From assembly GCA_043718025.1 (NCBI GenBank), contig JAYSWN010000043.1:1-40138 (forward strand): a stretch of 40,138 bases of DNA, in the 5' to 3' direction. The DNA comes from Pseudomonadota bacterium (GTDB lineage Bacteria > Bdellovibrionota > FAC87 > UBA2466). Each line of letters begins with the position of its first letter. The first letter of the stretch is position 1. Below, one piece after another: positions 26,189 to 34,875 of the stretch. A program made the translations under genes and the position numbers. Under the pieces are notes generated by a model. The model was not told the origin of the DNA, did no database searches, and worked only from the letters and a program-made list of their open reading frames with translations.

Positions 26189-26943
26189 GTTTGTCGGCAG
26201 TCTTAATCACTAAAAACGAGGAGAAAAATCTCGAAGCCTGTCTTCGAAGCCTAAGCTTCTGTAGTGAAATCATTGTGGTCGATTCAGAAAGTACGGATCG
26301 CACTTTAGAAATTGCCCGTCGGTTCACGCCCAACGTCTATTCCCGCCCCTGGACCAACTTTTCCGAACAGAGAAACTACGCCGCCTCTTTAGCGACCAAT
26401 CGATGGATTTTCTCCGTCGATGCGGATGAAAGGGTCTCCTCAGACCTTGCCACTGAAATCACTCAAAAAATTGGGCAACCTCCTCACGGTCTCTCCGCCT
26501 TTGCCGTGCCACGCAAAACCTACCACTTAGGCAAGTGGATTGCCCATGGTGGCTGGTATCCCAATTACGTGGTGCGGTTGTTCGATAGAACGCAGGGGCG
26601 GTGGGAGGGGGGCGAGCTGCATGAGTATTGGTCTACTACCGGGCGGCTCGGTTATGTCACCCACCCTATCGATCATTTTTCGTTTGAAAACTTGGCCGAT
26701 CAAGTAAGTCGTAACAACCGTTATTCGTCGTTGGGGGCGGTGGTGCTTAAAAAAAAGGGACAGCCCTTTTCGTTGGCGCGTTTGGCCGGTAAAACGATTT
26801 CAAAGTTTATTGAGACATATATTCTAAAAAAAGGATTTTTGGATGGACTGCCCGGATTCATCATCGCCGTTTCCGCCGCCTATTCCGTCTTTCTTAAGTG
26901 GTCGAAACTCTGGGAGTTGGAGCGTCTTGAAAGCCATGACTGA
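26185..26943 (+). CDS. glycosyltransferase family 2 (KdtX/WaaE-like LPS glycosyltransferase)
   Basis: ITKNEE, VVDSESTDRT, SVDADE, GGWYP, LHE, GFLDGLPG. Confidence 0.92.
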   Translation: MSLSAVLITKNEEKNLEACLRSLSFCSEIIVVDSESTDRTLEIARRFTPNVYSRPWTNFSEQRNYAASLATNRWIFSVDADERVSSDLATEITQKIGQPPHGLSAFAVPRKTYHLGKWIAHGGWYPNYVVRLFDRTQGRWEGGELHEYWSTTGRLGYVTHPIDHFSFENLADQVSRNNRYSSLGAVVLKKKGQPFSLARLAGKTISKFIETYILKKGFLDGLPGFIIAVSAAYSVFLKWSKLWELERLESHD

Positions 26944-27643
26944 TACCGCGTTGCATTTCAAAAAGGGCTTTATTGTTTCAATTGATGGGCCAGCCGGTGC
27001 TGGTAAATCGACGGTGAGCCGCCAGTTGGCCGATGCGCTGGGCGGCGTCCTTCTCGATACGGGCGCTATGTACCGTTCCGTAGCTTACTTTGCTCTTAAG
27101 ACCAATATGAAGCTTGCTAAGGACTTTGGAAACATCGCGCGGGCGCTTGATTTTGAGTATGACCAAGAGACCAAAATCCTGAATATTAATGGCGAGAATC
27201 TTGGGGCCCGAATCCGGTCCGAGCAGGTGAGCGCCATGGCGTCTTCGGTAAGTCGTTTCAAAAGCGTCCGCCTGGCTCTCACCAAACGTCAGCGCATTTT
27301 GGGTAAGAAGCTGAGTCGCAAAGTTCCAGTGATAATGGAAGGGAGAGATATCGGCACGGTGGTCTTTCCCGAAGCCCAATACAAATTTTTTGTAACTGCT
27401 AGCGAAGAGGTTCGCGCTGAGCGTCGTCTTAAGCAGCTCAAAAAAATGGGGGTAAAAGGCGAGTCGCTAAAATCAGTGTTGAAGCAGCAACAGTCTCGCG
27501 ACCATCAAGACTCGCACCGCAAAATTGCACCGCTACGCTGCCCAGAAGGGGCCATTGTGGTGGACACTTCTTCATTGGGCATTTCCCAAGTCGTCCACTT
27601 CCTCTGCGACCACATTCGTAATGTCGAAGAGATGAAAAAATAA
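26936..27643 (+). CDS. cmk: cytidylate kinase
   Basis: IDGPAGAGKSTV, LDTGAMYR, MEGRDIGTVVFP, RAERR, RDHQDSHR. Confidence 0.96.
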   Translation: MTDTALHFKKGFIVSIDGPAGAGKSTVSRQLADALGGVLLDTGAMYRSVAYFALKTNMKLAKDFGNIARALDFEYDQETKILNINGENLGARIRSEQVSAMASSVSRFKSVRLALTKRQRILGKKLSRKVPVIMEGRDIGTVVFPEAQYKFFVTASEEVRAERRLKQLKKMGVKGESLKSVLKQQQSRDHQDSHRKIAPLRCPEGAIVVDTSSLGISQVVHFLCDHIRNVEEMKK

Positions 27644-27696
27644 ATGTTATTTCGTGACCAGGAGCCAATCTTTTAGCTCACTCACCTGGGCTGTAG

Positions 27697-27885
27697 TTAG
27701 CGGACTCGATTTTTTTGGAGGCATGACGCTTGACCGGATTCCGTACTGCTGCTTCCGCCGGTGGTGCTAGAGCTACCCGTCGAGGCGTCGCCGCCGTGTC
27801 CGCCGGACTCTTCCGAGTGAGCGGCCTGAGCAAGGCAAATGAGAAATATCAAACCGTAGAGTAAAAAGAGGTTTCGATAACGCAT
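27697..27885 (-). CDS. small secreted Gly/Ser/Thr-rich protein
   Basis: Signal peptide ending AAHS, low-complexity mature part; SD GGAG; upstream sigma-54 motif. Confidence 0.55.
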   Translation of the reverse strand: MRYRNLFLLYGLIFLICLAQAAHSEESGGHGGDASTGSSSTTGGSSSTESGQASCLQKNRVR

Positions 27886-27928
27886 TAAACGCTCCGCAAG
27901 ACGAAAAAAATCTTATGCTAGCTAATTG

Positions 27929-27944
27929 TGCAAACCGAGTGCCG
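27929..27944 (-). promoter_or_regulatory. sigma-54-type promoter
   Basis: CGGCAC-TCGGT-TTGCA, near-consensus -24/-12. Confidence 0.65.
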
Positions 27945-28030
27945 CCATTTTACGGCAAGGCATACTTGTTGTGCGTGTAAAACAAATTTCCTGAAAGCAG
28001 TATTTTGGTAGAATTCAAAGCGGAATCGCT

Positions 28031-28369
28031 TCAGCGGTAACCTTCATCATCATCGTCGTAACTGCGGCGCTGGCCTTCTAACGCTTCTATGCTCTTTTGG
28101 GTGGCCTGGGTTATTTTTTTCAGCTCGCGTTCGTACTCTACGAGAATACGTTTTTCGAGGGTGCTTCGCATTTCAGCGTTGAGGGGGTGAGCAATATCGC
28201 GAAACGTTCCGTCTTTCCGTTTTTTGCTTGGCATGGCGACAAACAAACCCGTGTTGCCGCTAATGATCTTTAAGTCCCGAACTACAAAACAATTATCGAA
28301 GATCACGGTGACGTAGGCCTTTAACTTGTCCTCGTTCACCGGGAATACCTTTACCTCAGTGATTTCCAT
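28031..28369 (-). CDS. spoVG: SpoVG-family nucleic-acid-binding protein
   Basis: MEITEVKV...LKAYVTVIFDNCFVVRDLKII...GLFVAMPSKKRKDGTFRDIAHPLN. Confidence 0.96.
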   Translation of the reverse strand: MEITEVKVFPVNEDKLKAYVTVIFDNCFVVRDLKIISGNTGLFVAMPSKKRKDGTFRDIAHPLNAEMRSTLEKRILVEYERELKKITQATQKSIEALEGQRRSYDDDDEGYR

Positions 28370-28405
28370 GGTGTCCTCATTGAAGAATCTATTCTTTCGT
28401 TGCGC

Positions 28406-29302
28406 TCAATTAGTAAAAATCGCCCCGTGGGTAGCCACGGTTGTAGATGCACAATGAGTAGATCGGAAGAATGCTGAGAGACCTTTAGCCCTTTTTTCTA
28501 ACGCTATCGGGCTTTCGTACGCGGCATAACAGGTGGATCCAGAGCCGGACATTCCACAAAACAATGGACTAGTTGATTTCAAAGCATCGATAACCTGCCG
28601 TAAAAAAGGGAAAAGCGTCGCGGCCGGTTCGAACAAGTCATTTTCGCCATCCTGGGCTAACTGAAAAAATGTTTCCTCTGAAAGTTTCTCGGGCAAAGTC
28701 GATTGGCGGGGTGCAGAAAAAGGCCGATTCAAGTTTTTGTACGTGGCAAAAACTTCTCTGGTGCCACAAGAAAACGGGGGAATGACCAAAAGAAAACGGA
28801 GGGACGAAAGCCAGTTTGTCGGCGTTTTTCCCGCGTCAAAGTAATGGCGACGTTCCCCTACCCCGCTCACCCAAGCCGGACGGGAGTCTAAGAAAAACGG
28901 AACATCGGCCCCTAAACCCTCGGCTAGCGCGAGTTCCCTCTGGGGTGAAAGCTGTCTCTCTTTCGCCAAATGCGCAAGTAGGGTGCCTGCATTCGACGAT
29001 CCTCCACCGAGTCCTGCCCCCATCGGAATCCTCTTCGAGAGTACCAGCGAGTCTGAAACCTCAGAGAACAGTCTTAATGTTTTAATGACTAGATTTTCTT
29101 CCCCACCGGGAATGGCGGTAGAGATTTTCAAGGCGTCTGGCGCCCAAATAGCCGCAAAATTTCGGCGCGCGTCTGCGGTCAGAACCAGATCATCATGCAA
29201 CGAAAGTGGCCAAAAAAAACTTTCTAGCAGGTGGTATCCATCCTGTCTTCGCCCCAAGATTCGAAGCCCTAGGTTCAATTTTGCCGGTGATCGTAAATGC
29301 AT
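28406..29302 (-). CDS. ispE: 4-diphosphocytidyl-2-C-methyl-D-erythritol kinase
   Basis: SPAKLNLGL...RQDGYH, KRIPMGAGLGGGSSNA, LGADVPFF, MSGSGST; start 29302 or 29317. Confidence 0.95.
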   Translation of the reverse strand: MHLRSPAKLNLGLRILGRRQDGYHLLESFFWPLSLHDDLVLTADARRNFAAIWAPDALKISTAIPGGEENLVIKTLRLFSEVSDSLVLSKRIPMGAGLGGGSSNAGTLLAHLAKERQLSPQRELALAEGLGADVPFFLDSRPAWVSGVGERRHYFDAGKTPTNWLSSLRFLLVIPPFSCGTREVFATYKNLNRPFSAPRQSTLPEKLSEETFFQLAQDGENDLFEPAATLFPFLRQVIDALKSTSPLFCGMSGSGSTCYAAYESPIALEKRAKGLSAFFRSTHCASTTVATHGAIFTN

Positions 29303-29587
29303 GTTCCTAAACCTCATACTGACTAATATTCGTCAGGTAGCGGGGCAATGAGAATTCGAGTCTTTTTAAAGACTTACTCATCTCACCCTCGATGGCGATT
29401 AGGCCGGCGTAAGTTACTTGTACATTCCTTTCGCGCTCAATAACCAAATTCATTTATTAAATTAAATGGTTACCGATACTAGTCTCGGCACACGACTTGT
29501 AATGAATAACTACGGTTTCGGCACGGGGAACATGAAAACTAACGGTCTTAAGGGGTCCTTTCCCGGCCATTTTTGCAGTTCAAACAT

Positions 29588-29866
29588 ATGCGTCACCGGC
29601 TTCAATATCTTTATAGCGTCGTAGTTTTCTTCGGCGTTCTGGCCTGCTCGTACTTCATGGTGAGCCGTGAAACGACGCCCGGAATTCCGTTTAGAACTAT
29701 TGAGGCACCTCCGCTTCGCGCCGAGGCTTCACCGCTCGATCCGGGTGTTAGCCAGCTTTTCGAAGCAGAACGCGCCATGAAAAAAGCCAAGCGCGATGTT
29801 ACGCCCGAAAGAGAAGAGACTTCCGAGCGAAATCTCACCAAATCACCTGAAGTTGGCGAAGAATAG
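29588..29866 (+). CDS. small single-TM hypothetical protein
   Basis: One hydrophobic segment followed by a charged tail; start uncertain (TTG 29573 or ATG 29588). Confidence 0.5.
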   Translation: MRHRLQYLYSVVVFFGVLACSYFMVSRETTPGIPFRTIEAPPLRAEASPLDPGVSQLFEAERAMKKAKRDVTPEREETSERNLTKSPEVGEE

Positions 29867-29906
29867 TCTTTGGGCCGCTTACTTATTAGGGTTTAATCCA
29901 CAAATC

Positions 29907-30650
29907 ATGCGCGCCTTGATTGTTTCCGATGTGCACCTTTGCGATCTTGAAGATCAAAAAGGGCGCCACTTCTTTTCTTTTTTGAAGGAGCAATCAAAGA
30001 ATCTCGACCGGCTTTACGTGTTAGGCGACCTGTTTGACGTCTGGCCTGGTTCAAGCCCTCTTCTGGTAAAACGCTTTCAACCGCTCTTTGATTTTTTTGC
30101 CGAGTTCGTGGGCCGTGGGGGGCAGATCCATTACGTTGAAGGCAATCATGATTTTCAGCTCGGTCGTAAGCTGCAAGAGCTGGTGGGTTTCAAAGTTTAT
30201 CGTGATTCAATTCAAGACCGATGGAATGGCCAACGCATATTGCTCTGTCACGGCGATACCGTTAACGAAACCGACGCCACCTACCTGCGTATTCGAGGTT
30301 TTTTTAGAAGCCGTTGGTTTCTACTGATTCGGACCCTAATCCCCGATCGCCTAGCCGTTTATTTAGGAACCACCGCTTCGCGGCTTAGTCGCGAGTCGCA
30401 ATTGAAACGCCCCGATCTTAGTTTACGAATGGAGCGCATTAAGCTCCGTTACCGTGAAATTGTTGGTGAGCTCTTCCTTCAGGGCAACGATGTGGTGATT
30501 ATGGGGCACACCCATATTCCGGAAGACTTTCGGGTCGAGGTGCAAGGCCGGTCCTGTCGTTACTTGAACTCGGGCGACTGGGTGAAGAGTTTCACCTTCA
30601 TTAGCTACGAGGCCGGTGCCTTTCGTTTGCAAAAGCATCCCCTCCAGTGA
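29907..30650 (+). CDS. lpxH: UDP-2,3-diacylglucosamine diphosphatase (LpxH-like metallophosphoesterase)
   Basis: VSDVHL, LGDLFDVW, EGNHDF, CHGD, MGHTH, NSGDW. Confidence 0.88.
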   Translation: MRALIVSDVHLCDLEDQKGRHFFSFLKEQSKNLDRLYVLGDLFDVWPGSSPLLVKRFQPLFDFFAEFVGRGGQIHYVEGNHDFQLGRKLQELVGFKVYRDSIQDRWNGQRILLCHGDTVNETDATYLRIRGFFRSRWFLLIRTLIPDRLAVYLGTTASRLSRESQLKRPDLSLRMERIKLRYREIVGELFLQGNDVVIMGHTHIPEDFRVEVQGRSCRYLNSGDWVKSFTFISYEAGAFRLQKHPLQ

Positions 30651-30658
30651 TAAACGAC

Positions 30659-30717
30659 TTCTTTCCTTGCTCCCGCATACATATTTAACCCAAGCGGGGG
30701 CCATTGACCGGAAGGAG
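30659..30717 (+). promoter_or_regulatory. S6:S18 ribosomal protein leader RNA
   Basis: Outer stem TTCTTTCC/GGAAGGAG sequesters the SD; inner stem GCTCCCGC/GCGGGGGC; CCG at the 3' internal-loop junction. Confidence 0.7.
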
Positions 30718-30722
30718 CCTCA

Positions 30723-31124
30723 ATGTCGCAGACCGCGAATCATAATTACGAAACCGTCTATATATTGCGCCCTGGCCTAACAGCCGATGGTGCTACCGCG
30801 ATCCATCAAAAATTCGACACCGTTGTCGCCAAGTTCGAAGGTGCCGTAGAGCACCGTGAAGACTGGGGAATGCGCGAATTAGCCTATGAAATTGATGACG
30901 AACGCAGTGGCAACTACCACGTAGTCGTCTTCAACGGTAAAGCCGGTGTGGTCGAAGAGATAGAGCGTCATTTCCGAATTGTAGGTGATGTAATCCGTTA
31001 TTTAACGGTCAGTTTGCCCAAGGGATACGACTTCAAATTAGTCCGTAAGCACATTCAAGATACTGAAGAAGAAGTGAAACGGGCTCGCGAAGCTAAGAAA
31101 AAAGGGCTCGGCGCCTCATTCTAG
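30723..31124 (+). CDS. rpsF: 30S ribosomal protein S6
   Basis: YETVYILRP, EDWGMRELAYEI, GNYHVV, VIRYL. Confidence 0.97.
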   Translation: MSQTANHNYETVYILRPGLTADGATAIHQKFDTVVAKFEGAVEHREDWGMRELAYEIDDERSGNYHVVVFNGKAGVVEEIERHFRIVGDVIRYLTVSLPKGYDFKLVRKHIQDTEEEVKRAREAKKKGLGASF

Positions 31125-31126
31125 GT

Positions 31127-31438
31127 GTGGCTAACGATAACCGAATTCAATTGGCCGGTAAGGTCAGTAAAGTCGGAAAAGTAAAGTACACCCCAAGAGG
31201 GGTTCCGATACTTGAGTTCGTTCTCGCTGTCCCGCAGGCGTTTTTGGATTTAGAAAACTACGGTTATTTCGAAATCGTAGTTCAGGGGGAAGAGGCGTTG
31301 TCCCTTTCTCATGAACTTAAAATAGGTAAAGAATTCGGCCTCGATGGCACTTTGTGGACCCGTAAGTACAAAGGGCAAAATCAAAAATGGATTCAGGAAT
31401 TTAAAGTAATAATGAGCTCGTTAAGGAGGACTCAGTGA
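31127..31438 (+). CDS. SSB/PriB-type OB-fold protein lacking the acidic tail
   Basis: NRIQLAGKV...KYTPRGVPILEFVLA...GTLWTRKY; position between rpsF and rpsR. Confidence 0.8.
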   Translation: MANDNRIQLAGKVSKVGKVKYTPRGVPILEFVLAVPQAFLDLENYGYFEIVVQGEEALSLSHELKIGKEFGLDGTLWTRKYKGQNQKWIQEFKVIMSSLRRTQ

Positions 31439-31758
31439 AAAGAGAAGAAAGAGGCGGAGACAGAGGTGGAGACAGAGGCGGAATGGATAAGGGTGGAGAT
31501 CGTGACTTCGATAAAAGCGGCGGAGGCGGTGAAAAACGCTCCTTCCATCGTCGTCGTGGCTGCCGTTTCTGCCATGATTCGGCTCTCGTAATCGATTTTA
31601 AAGACAAATATGGCCTTCAGTCGTTTATTTCTGAACGCTTCAAGATTACACCCCGTCGTGTTTCGGGGGCTTGCGCTCGTCACCAACGTGACATCGCGAT
31701 TGCAGTAAAACGGGCCCGCCACTTGGCGTTTTTCCCGTACGCTCCGTCGCAGGCTTAA
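31435..31758 (+). CDS. rpsR: 30S ribosomal protein S18 (Zn-binding form, N-terminal extension)
   Basis: CRFC...IDFKD...KITPRRVSGACARHQR...AVKRAR. Confidence 0.97.
   Translation: MKREERGGDRGGDRGGMDKGGDRDFDKSGGGGEKRSFHRRRGCRFCHDSALVIDFKDKYGLQSFISERFKITPRRVSGACARHQRDIAIAVKRARHLAFFPYAPSQA
31450..31482 (+). repeat. 12-bp tandem repeat encoding RGGD
   Basis: AGAGGCGGAGAC AGAGGTGGAGAC AGAGGCGGA. Confidence 0.85.
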
Positions 31759-31779
31759 GCCAAACGGATTAAAGGGAAC

Positions 31780-32670
31780 GTGCGCGTAGTTAACGACAGA
31801 CAGCCGCAAGGCACTGAGATTCCTCAGGTGAACTTCTCCGAAGTAGTATTTTGGAGTCTGCTTTGCTCAATTGGATTTTCGAGCCTTTTTCTTGCGCCTC
31901 TGCCGGTGATCGTTGCGCACGTTCGCTTAACCGACCCCTGGTCGAAGTTAGCCGCCCTTTTAGGAGCCATCATTGGGCTCTTCTACTTCGAGTTGCCGGT
32001 GTGGACCGTGGCCTTTGAGTTCGTGCTTTCCCTCCTAGCTGCAGACCTAATCCTGAAAGAAAAGGGATTGTGGATGGTGCTCATGGCTCCGGTTGGGGCT
32101 GTTGCCGCGATGGCGGGCTCTGGGGTGGCGTTTCTCTCGTCACAAAAGGGTATGTCTGTGCCGCAATTTTGGAGAGAGCTGGTGGCCAGCTGGATAGCAC
32201 AGTTGAAGGTTGCTGTTCCCGAAACTCCCATCGACTGGAACGTGATGTCCTCTGTCATTGCTGAGCAGGGGCACTTTCTATTCGTCGGGCTTATGCTGCT
32301 CTCGATCTGGATCTCGGTGGGGCTAACCTCGCATTTTGGGGTTTTTCCATTGGGGCATAAATTGCTCGGCAGCGAGCTTCGAAAGAATGTTTCACCAAAG
32401 TGGTTTAGCGTCGTTTTTATTGCACTATTTCTTTTGGGCTTGGTGAAGTGGCCATTGAGTCCTGTTTTTCTAGGTTTTTTTCGCATCGTTTCAGCGGTGA
32501 TGTTCGTATTTGGCACCTGCGCGGTATCTCGTGTATTGAGCCGGCGAAAAATGGTCGGACCGATACGGTCGGCCATATACGTGGTTTCCGTTTTATTAGG
32601 TTTTTATGTAGTGGTTGGTCTGGGCTTTGTAAGCGCCTGGGCACACTCTTTTTTAGGTGAGGAGACGTAA
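31780..32670 (+). CDS. DUF2232/YybS-like membrane protein
   Basis: Multi-TM, LAPLPVIV motif, typical position between rpsR and rplI. Confidence 0.75.
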   Translation: MRVVNDRQPQGTEIPQVNFSEVVFWSLLCSIGFSSLFLAPLPVIVAHVRLTDPWSKLAALLGAIIGLFYFELPVWTVAFEFVLSLLAADLILKEKGLWMVLMAPVGAVAAMAGSGVAFLSSQKGMSVPQFWRELVASWIAQLKVAVPETPIDWNVMSSVIAEQGHFLFVGLMLLSIWISVGLTSHFGVFPLGHKLLGSELRKNVSPKWFSVVFIALFLLGLVKWPLSPVFLGFFRIVSAVMFVFGTCAVSRVLSRRKMVGPIRSAIYVVSVLLGFYVVVGLGFVSAWAHSFLGEET

Positions 32671-32672
32671 TC

Positions 32673-33116
32673 ATGAAGGTTATTCTTAAAGAGTCAGTAG
32701 AAAATTTGGGTATTGCCGGAGCCATCGTACAGGTGTCCGATGGGTTTGCTCGCAACTTCCTGCTTCCCCGCAAGGTTGCAGTGCCAGCAACGCCTAACCG
32801 CATCCGCGAGTTTGAACACGAACAGCGTGTTTTTGACGGCAAGCAAGCTAAATTCAAAAAAGAGGCCGAGGCTACGAAAGCGAAGCTCGAGCGTGTCTCC
32901 TGCTCCATTTCCAAAAAAGTGGGCGAACAAGATAAGCTTTTCGGCTCCGTTACTACGATGGACATCGAAAAAGCGTTCGCAGCTGAAGGTTTCACGATCG
33001 ATAAGAAAGACATCCTTCTTACCGAGCCTATCAAAGCCTTGGGCGTCTATACGGTTCCGGTTCGCGTATTTGATGACATCATTGCGAATACCAAAGTCTG
33101 GATCGTTCGCGAATAA
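32673..33116 (+). CDS. rplI: 50S ribosomal protein L9
   Basis: MKVIL...LG..G.IVQVSDGFARNFLLP, KLFGSVT, PIKALG. Confidence 0.98.
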   Translation: MKVILKESVENLGIAGAIVQVSDGFARNFLLPRKVAVPATPNRIREFEHEQRVFDGKQAKFKKEAEATKAKLERVSCSISKKVGEQDKLFGSVTTMDIEKAFAAEGFTIDKKDILLTEPIKALGVYTVPVRVFDDIIANTKVWIVRE

Positions 33117-33142
33117 CTGTCTCTTAAGAATTCATTGGTTTA

Positions 33143-33186
33143 ACTTTTAGGGTAATCAGCTTGGTTACTCTAAAAGTCTTTTTTTT
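33143..33186 (+). terminator. intrinsic terminator of the rpsF-rplI operon
   Basis: 15-bp stem ACTTTTAGGGTAATC/GGTTACTCTAAAAGT, 5-nt loop, then a T run. Confidence 0.75.
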
Positions 33187-33281
33187 GCCCATTTGGGCCT
33201 AAATGCCACTCGAATCAATAGCCAATTCGAAATGATATTTATGAATGACTGGTCGATGAGTCTGAGCTCAAAGAGCCTCGG

Positions 33282-33815
33282 TTACTCCAATAGGGTAAAA
33301 GTGCTGAGCGACGATTTGACTCGATCGAAATCAGACCCTTCTTGGCAGTCCGGACCTCCATCCACAGATATCGTGGTCACTTCTCCTGGAGACTTGAGGA
33401 TGCGGGCAACGAACAGGCACCGATCTTCTTTAAGCTTTGCCTCGCGCTGAATGGAAATATAGTTTCCGATCTTGCCAAAACTCCAGCCCACGCGATTCGA
33501 GTACCGGCGAGCGAAGTCTGTAAAGTTTAGAACATCCGAGGCTTCAGCTACGGTGATTAGAAGCCGAGTCCGCACCCAGCTCGAATCGATAAAAGGGGCC
33601 AAAATCTCAGTAAACTGGCCCTTCTCGCTCACATCCGACCCGGAATTCACCACCATGCGGTAGTTTCCTTCCTTATTGGTAAAGATGCGCTTCCCGTTGC
33701 CTAATTCAAAACCAAAACTATCCGCTGGCCCAATTGGCGTGACCGCGTGAGCGGCGCCTCCCACCAAAACAAGAGCTGCCAAAATCAGGGCAAGACGCCC
33801 GCTACCTACTGCCAT
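33282..33815 (-). CDS. secreted hypothetical protein
   Basis: Signal peptide ending AAHA; SD GAGGGG; overlaps the end of the TIGR02147 gene. Confidence 0.75.
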   Translation of the reverse strand: MAVGSGRLALILAALVLVGGAAHAVTPIGPADSFGFELGNGKRIFTNKEGNYRMVVNSGSDVSEKGQFTEILAPFIDSSWVRTRLLITVAEASDVLNFTDFARRYSNRVGWSFGKIGNYISIQREAKLKEDRCLFVARILKSPGEVTTISVDGGPDCQEGSDFDRVKSSLSTFTLLE

Positions 33816-34677
33816 CATTTGATTCCCCTCTTGATGTCACTGGAAACAGATATAGACCGACAAAGAAAACATCATCGCTTTGCTTTTCAATTCCGTATTT
33901 GCGATTCAGCTTCTTCCTAAATTCTTTAATTTCTTCCTTTAACTCTTTCATGCGGTTCTGAGGAATCGAGATTACTAAACCAGACAGCTCTCTGCGATCA
34001 ATCGGTACCGAAAAAATGGAGTTGATGGCCTTGCGCAAGAACGTGCGGTGTAAGCTTCGAATTACGTGCGAAGGCACTTCATCTGAACTGGTAAGCAAAG
34101 GCTCTTGTTGTTCAAGTCTGCCGTTTATGTTGCGCTTTAAAATCTGTAATCGTTCGAGTAGCTCTATGCTTTCTTTTGCTTGAGCTTCAGTAATCTTGTT
34201 TCCTAGTCTTTTGGCAATCCAAGATGGCTCTTCGCTAAACTCACGCGTTGAAACCAATTCTCGAATAACTGAATGATGCCAGTCTAGGAGGAATTTAATA
34301 CGATCCGCTTTTAATGGAGTCGGCGTACGCTGCTTTTCTTGATATTTCAGAAGTGAACGAAGGTGCAGCTCTTTGCTGTCTGGATCTGAAACTTCTTGGT
34401 AAAGCACCAACTCGCGGAAGTATTTCTCTTCATCGCGGCTCAAGCCAAGTCCTCGAGCAAATTGAAACAGAGTGCGGTCGGTGATTCGGCGTTTGCCATC
34501 GACAACCAGCTTTAAATAGTTTGGGGAACCCAGTTTGGCTTTGCGGGCAAATAGGCGGTAACTGTACGAAGAGTTTCGTTTTTTATGGAACTGGTAATAG
34601 TCCTGCAAAAACTCTCGGTAATCGAAATAATCGAAGAGATTTGGGGTAATAACGGCGTCTTTTATTTTTTCGCCCAT
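33802..34677 (-). CDS. TIGR02147/DUF4423-family HTH protein
   Basis: FDYFDYREFLQDYY...SYSYRLFARKAKLGSPNYLKLVVDGKR, WHHSVIREL, IDRRELSG, KEEIKEFRKK, LFP. Confidence 0.9.
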   Translation of the reverse strand: MGEKIKDAVITPNLFDYFDYREFLQDYYQFHKKRNSSYSYRLFARKAKLGSPNYLKLVVDGKRRITDRTLFQFARGLGLSRDEEKYFRELVLYQEVSDPDSKELHLRSLLKYQEKQRTPTPLKADRIKFLLDWHHSVIRELVSTREFSEEPSWIAKRLGNKITEAQAKESIELLERLQILKRNINGRLEQQEPLLTSSDEVPSHVIRSLHRTFLRKAINSIFSVPIDRRELSGLVISIPQNRMKELKEEIKEFRKKLNRKYGIEKQSDDVFFVGLYLFPVTSRGESNDGSR

Positions 34678-34875
34678 GGTTTCCCCCGCGACCCGTCACA
34701 AGATGTGTACTGGCAAAGAAGTGTGGGAATCGCATAACTTAGTAAATCGTAATTTGGTACCTGTTCCAAATAAACGTTCCACAGCACCGCCCCCCTCTCA
34801 GGGGACGTGGCTATTTTTAGACTACTACCGTTAATTGGGTAGTTGCGTCAATACTTTGCGAGATCAGAATTGAGA

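Noticed and set aside
27958..27974. GG-N10-GT sigma-54-like motif on the + strand
   Set aside because: No downstream + strand gene and non-consensus -12
27886..28030. Expected tRNA-Gln/prs next to ispE-spoVG
   Set aside because: No cloverleaf or prs ORF visible; synteny is simply broken here
29453..29479. ACCGATAC as a second sigma-28 -10 box
   Set aside because: No TAAA-like -35 at 15-nt spacing
31983..33150. Long antisense and alternative-frame ORFs over DUF2232/rplI
   Set aside because: Shadows of well-supported genes
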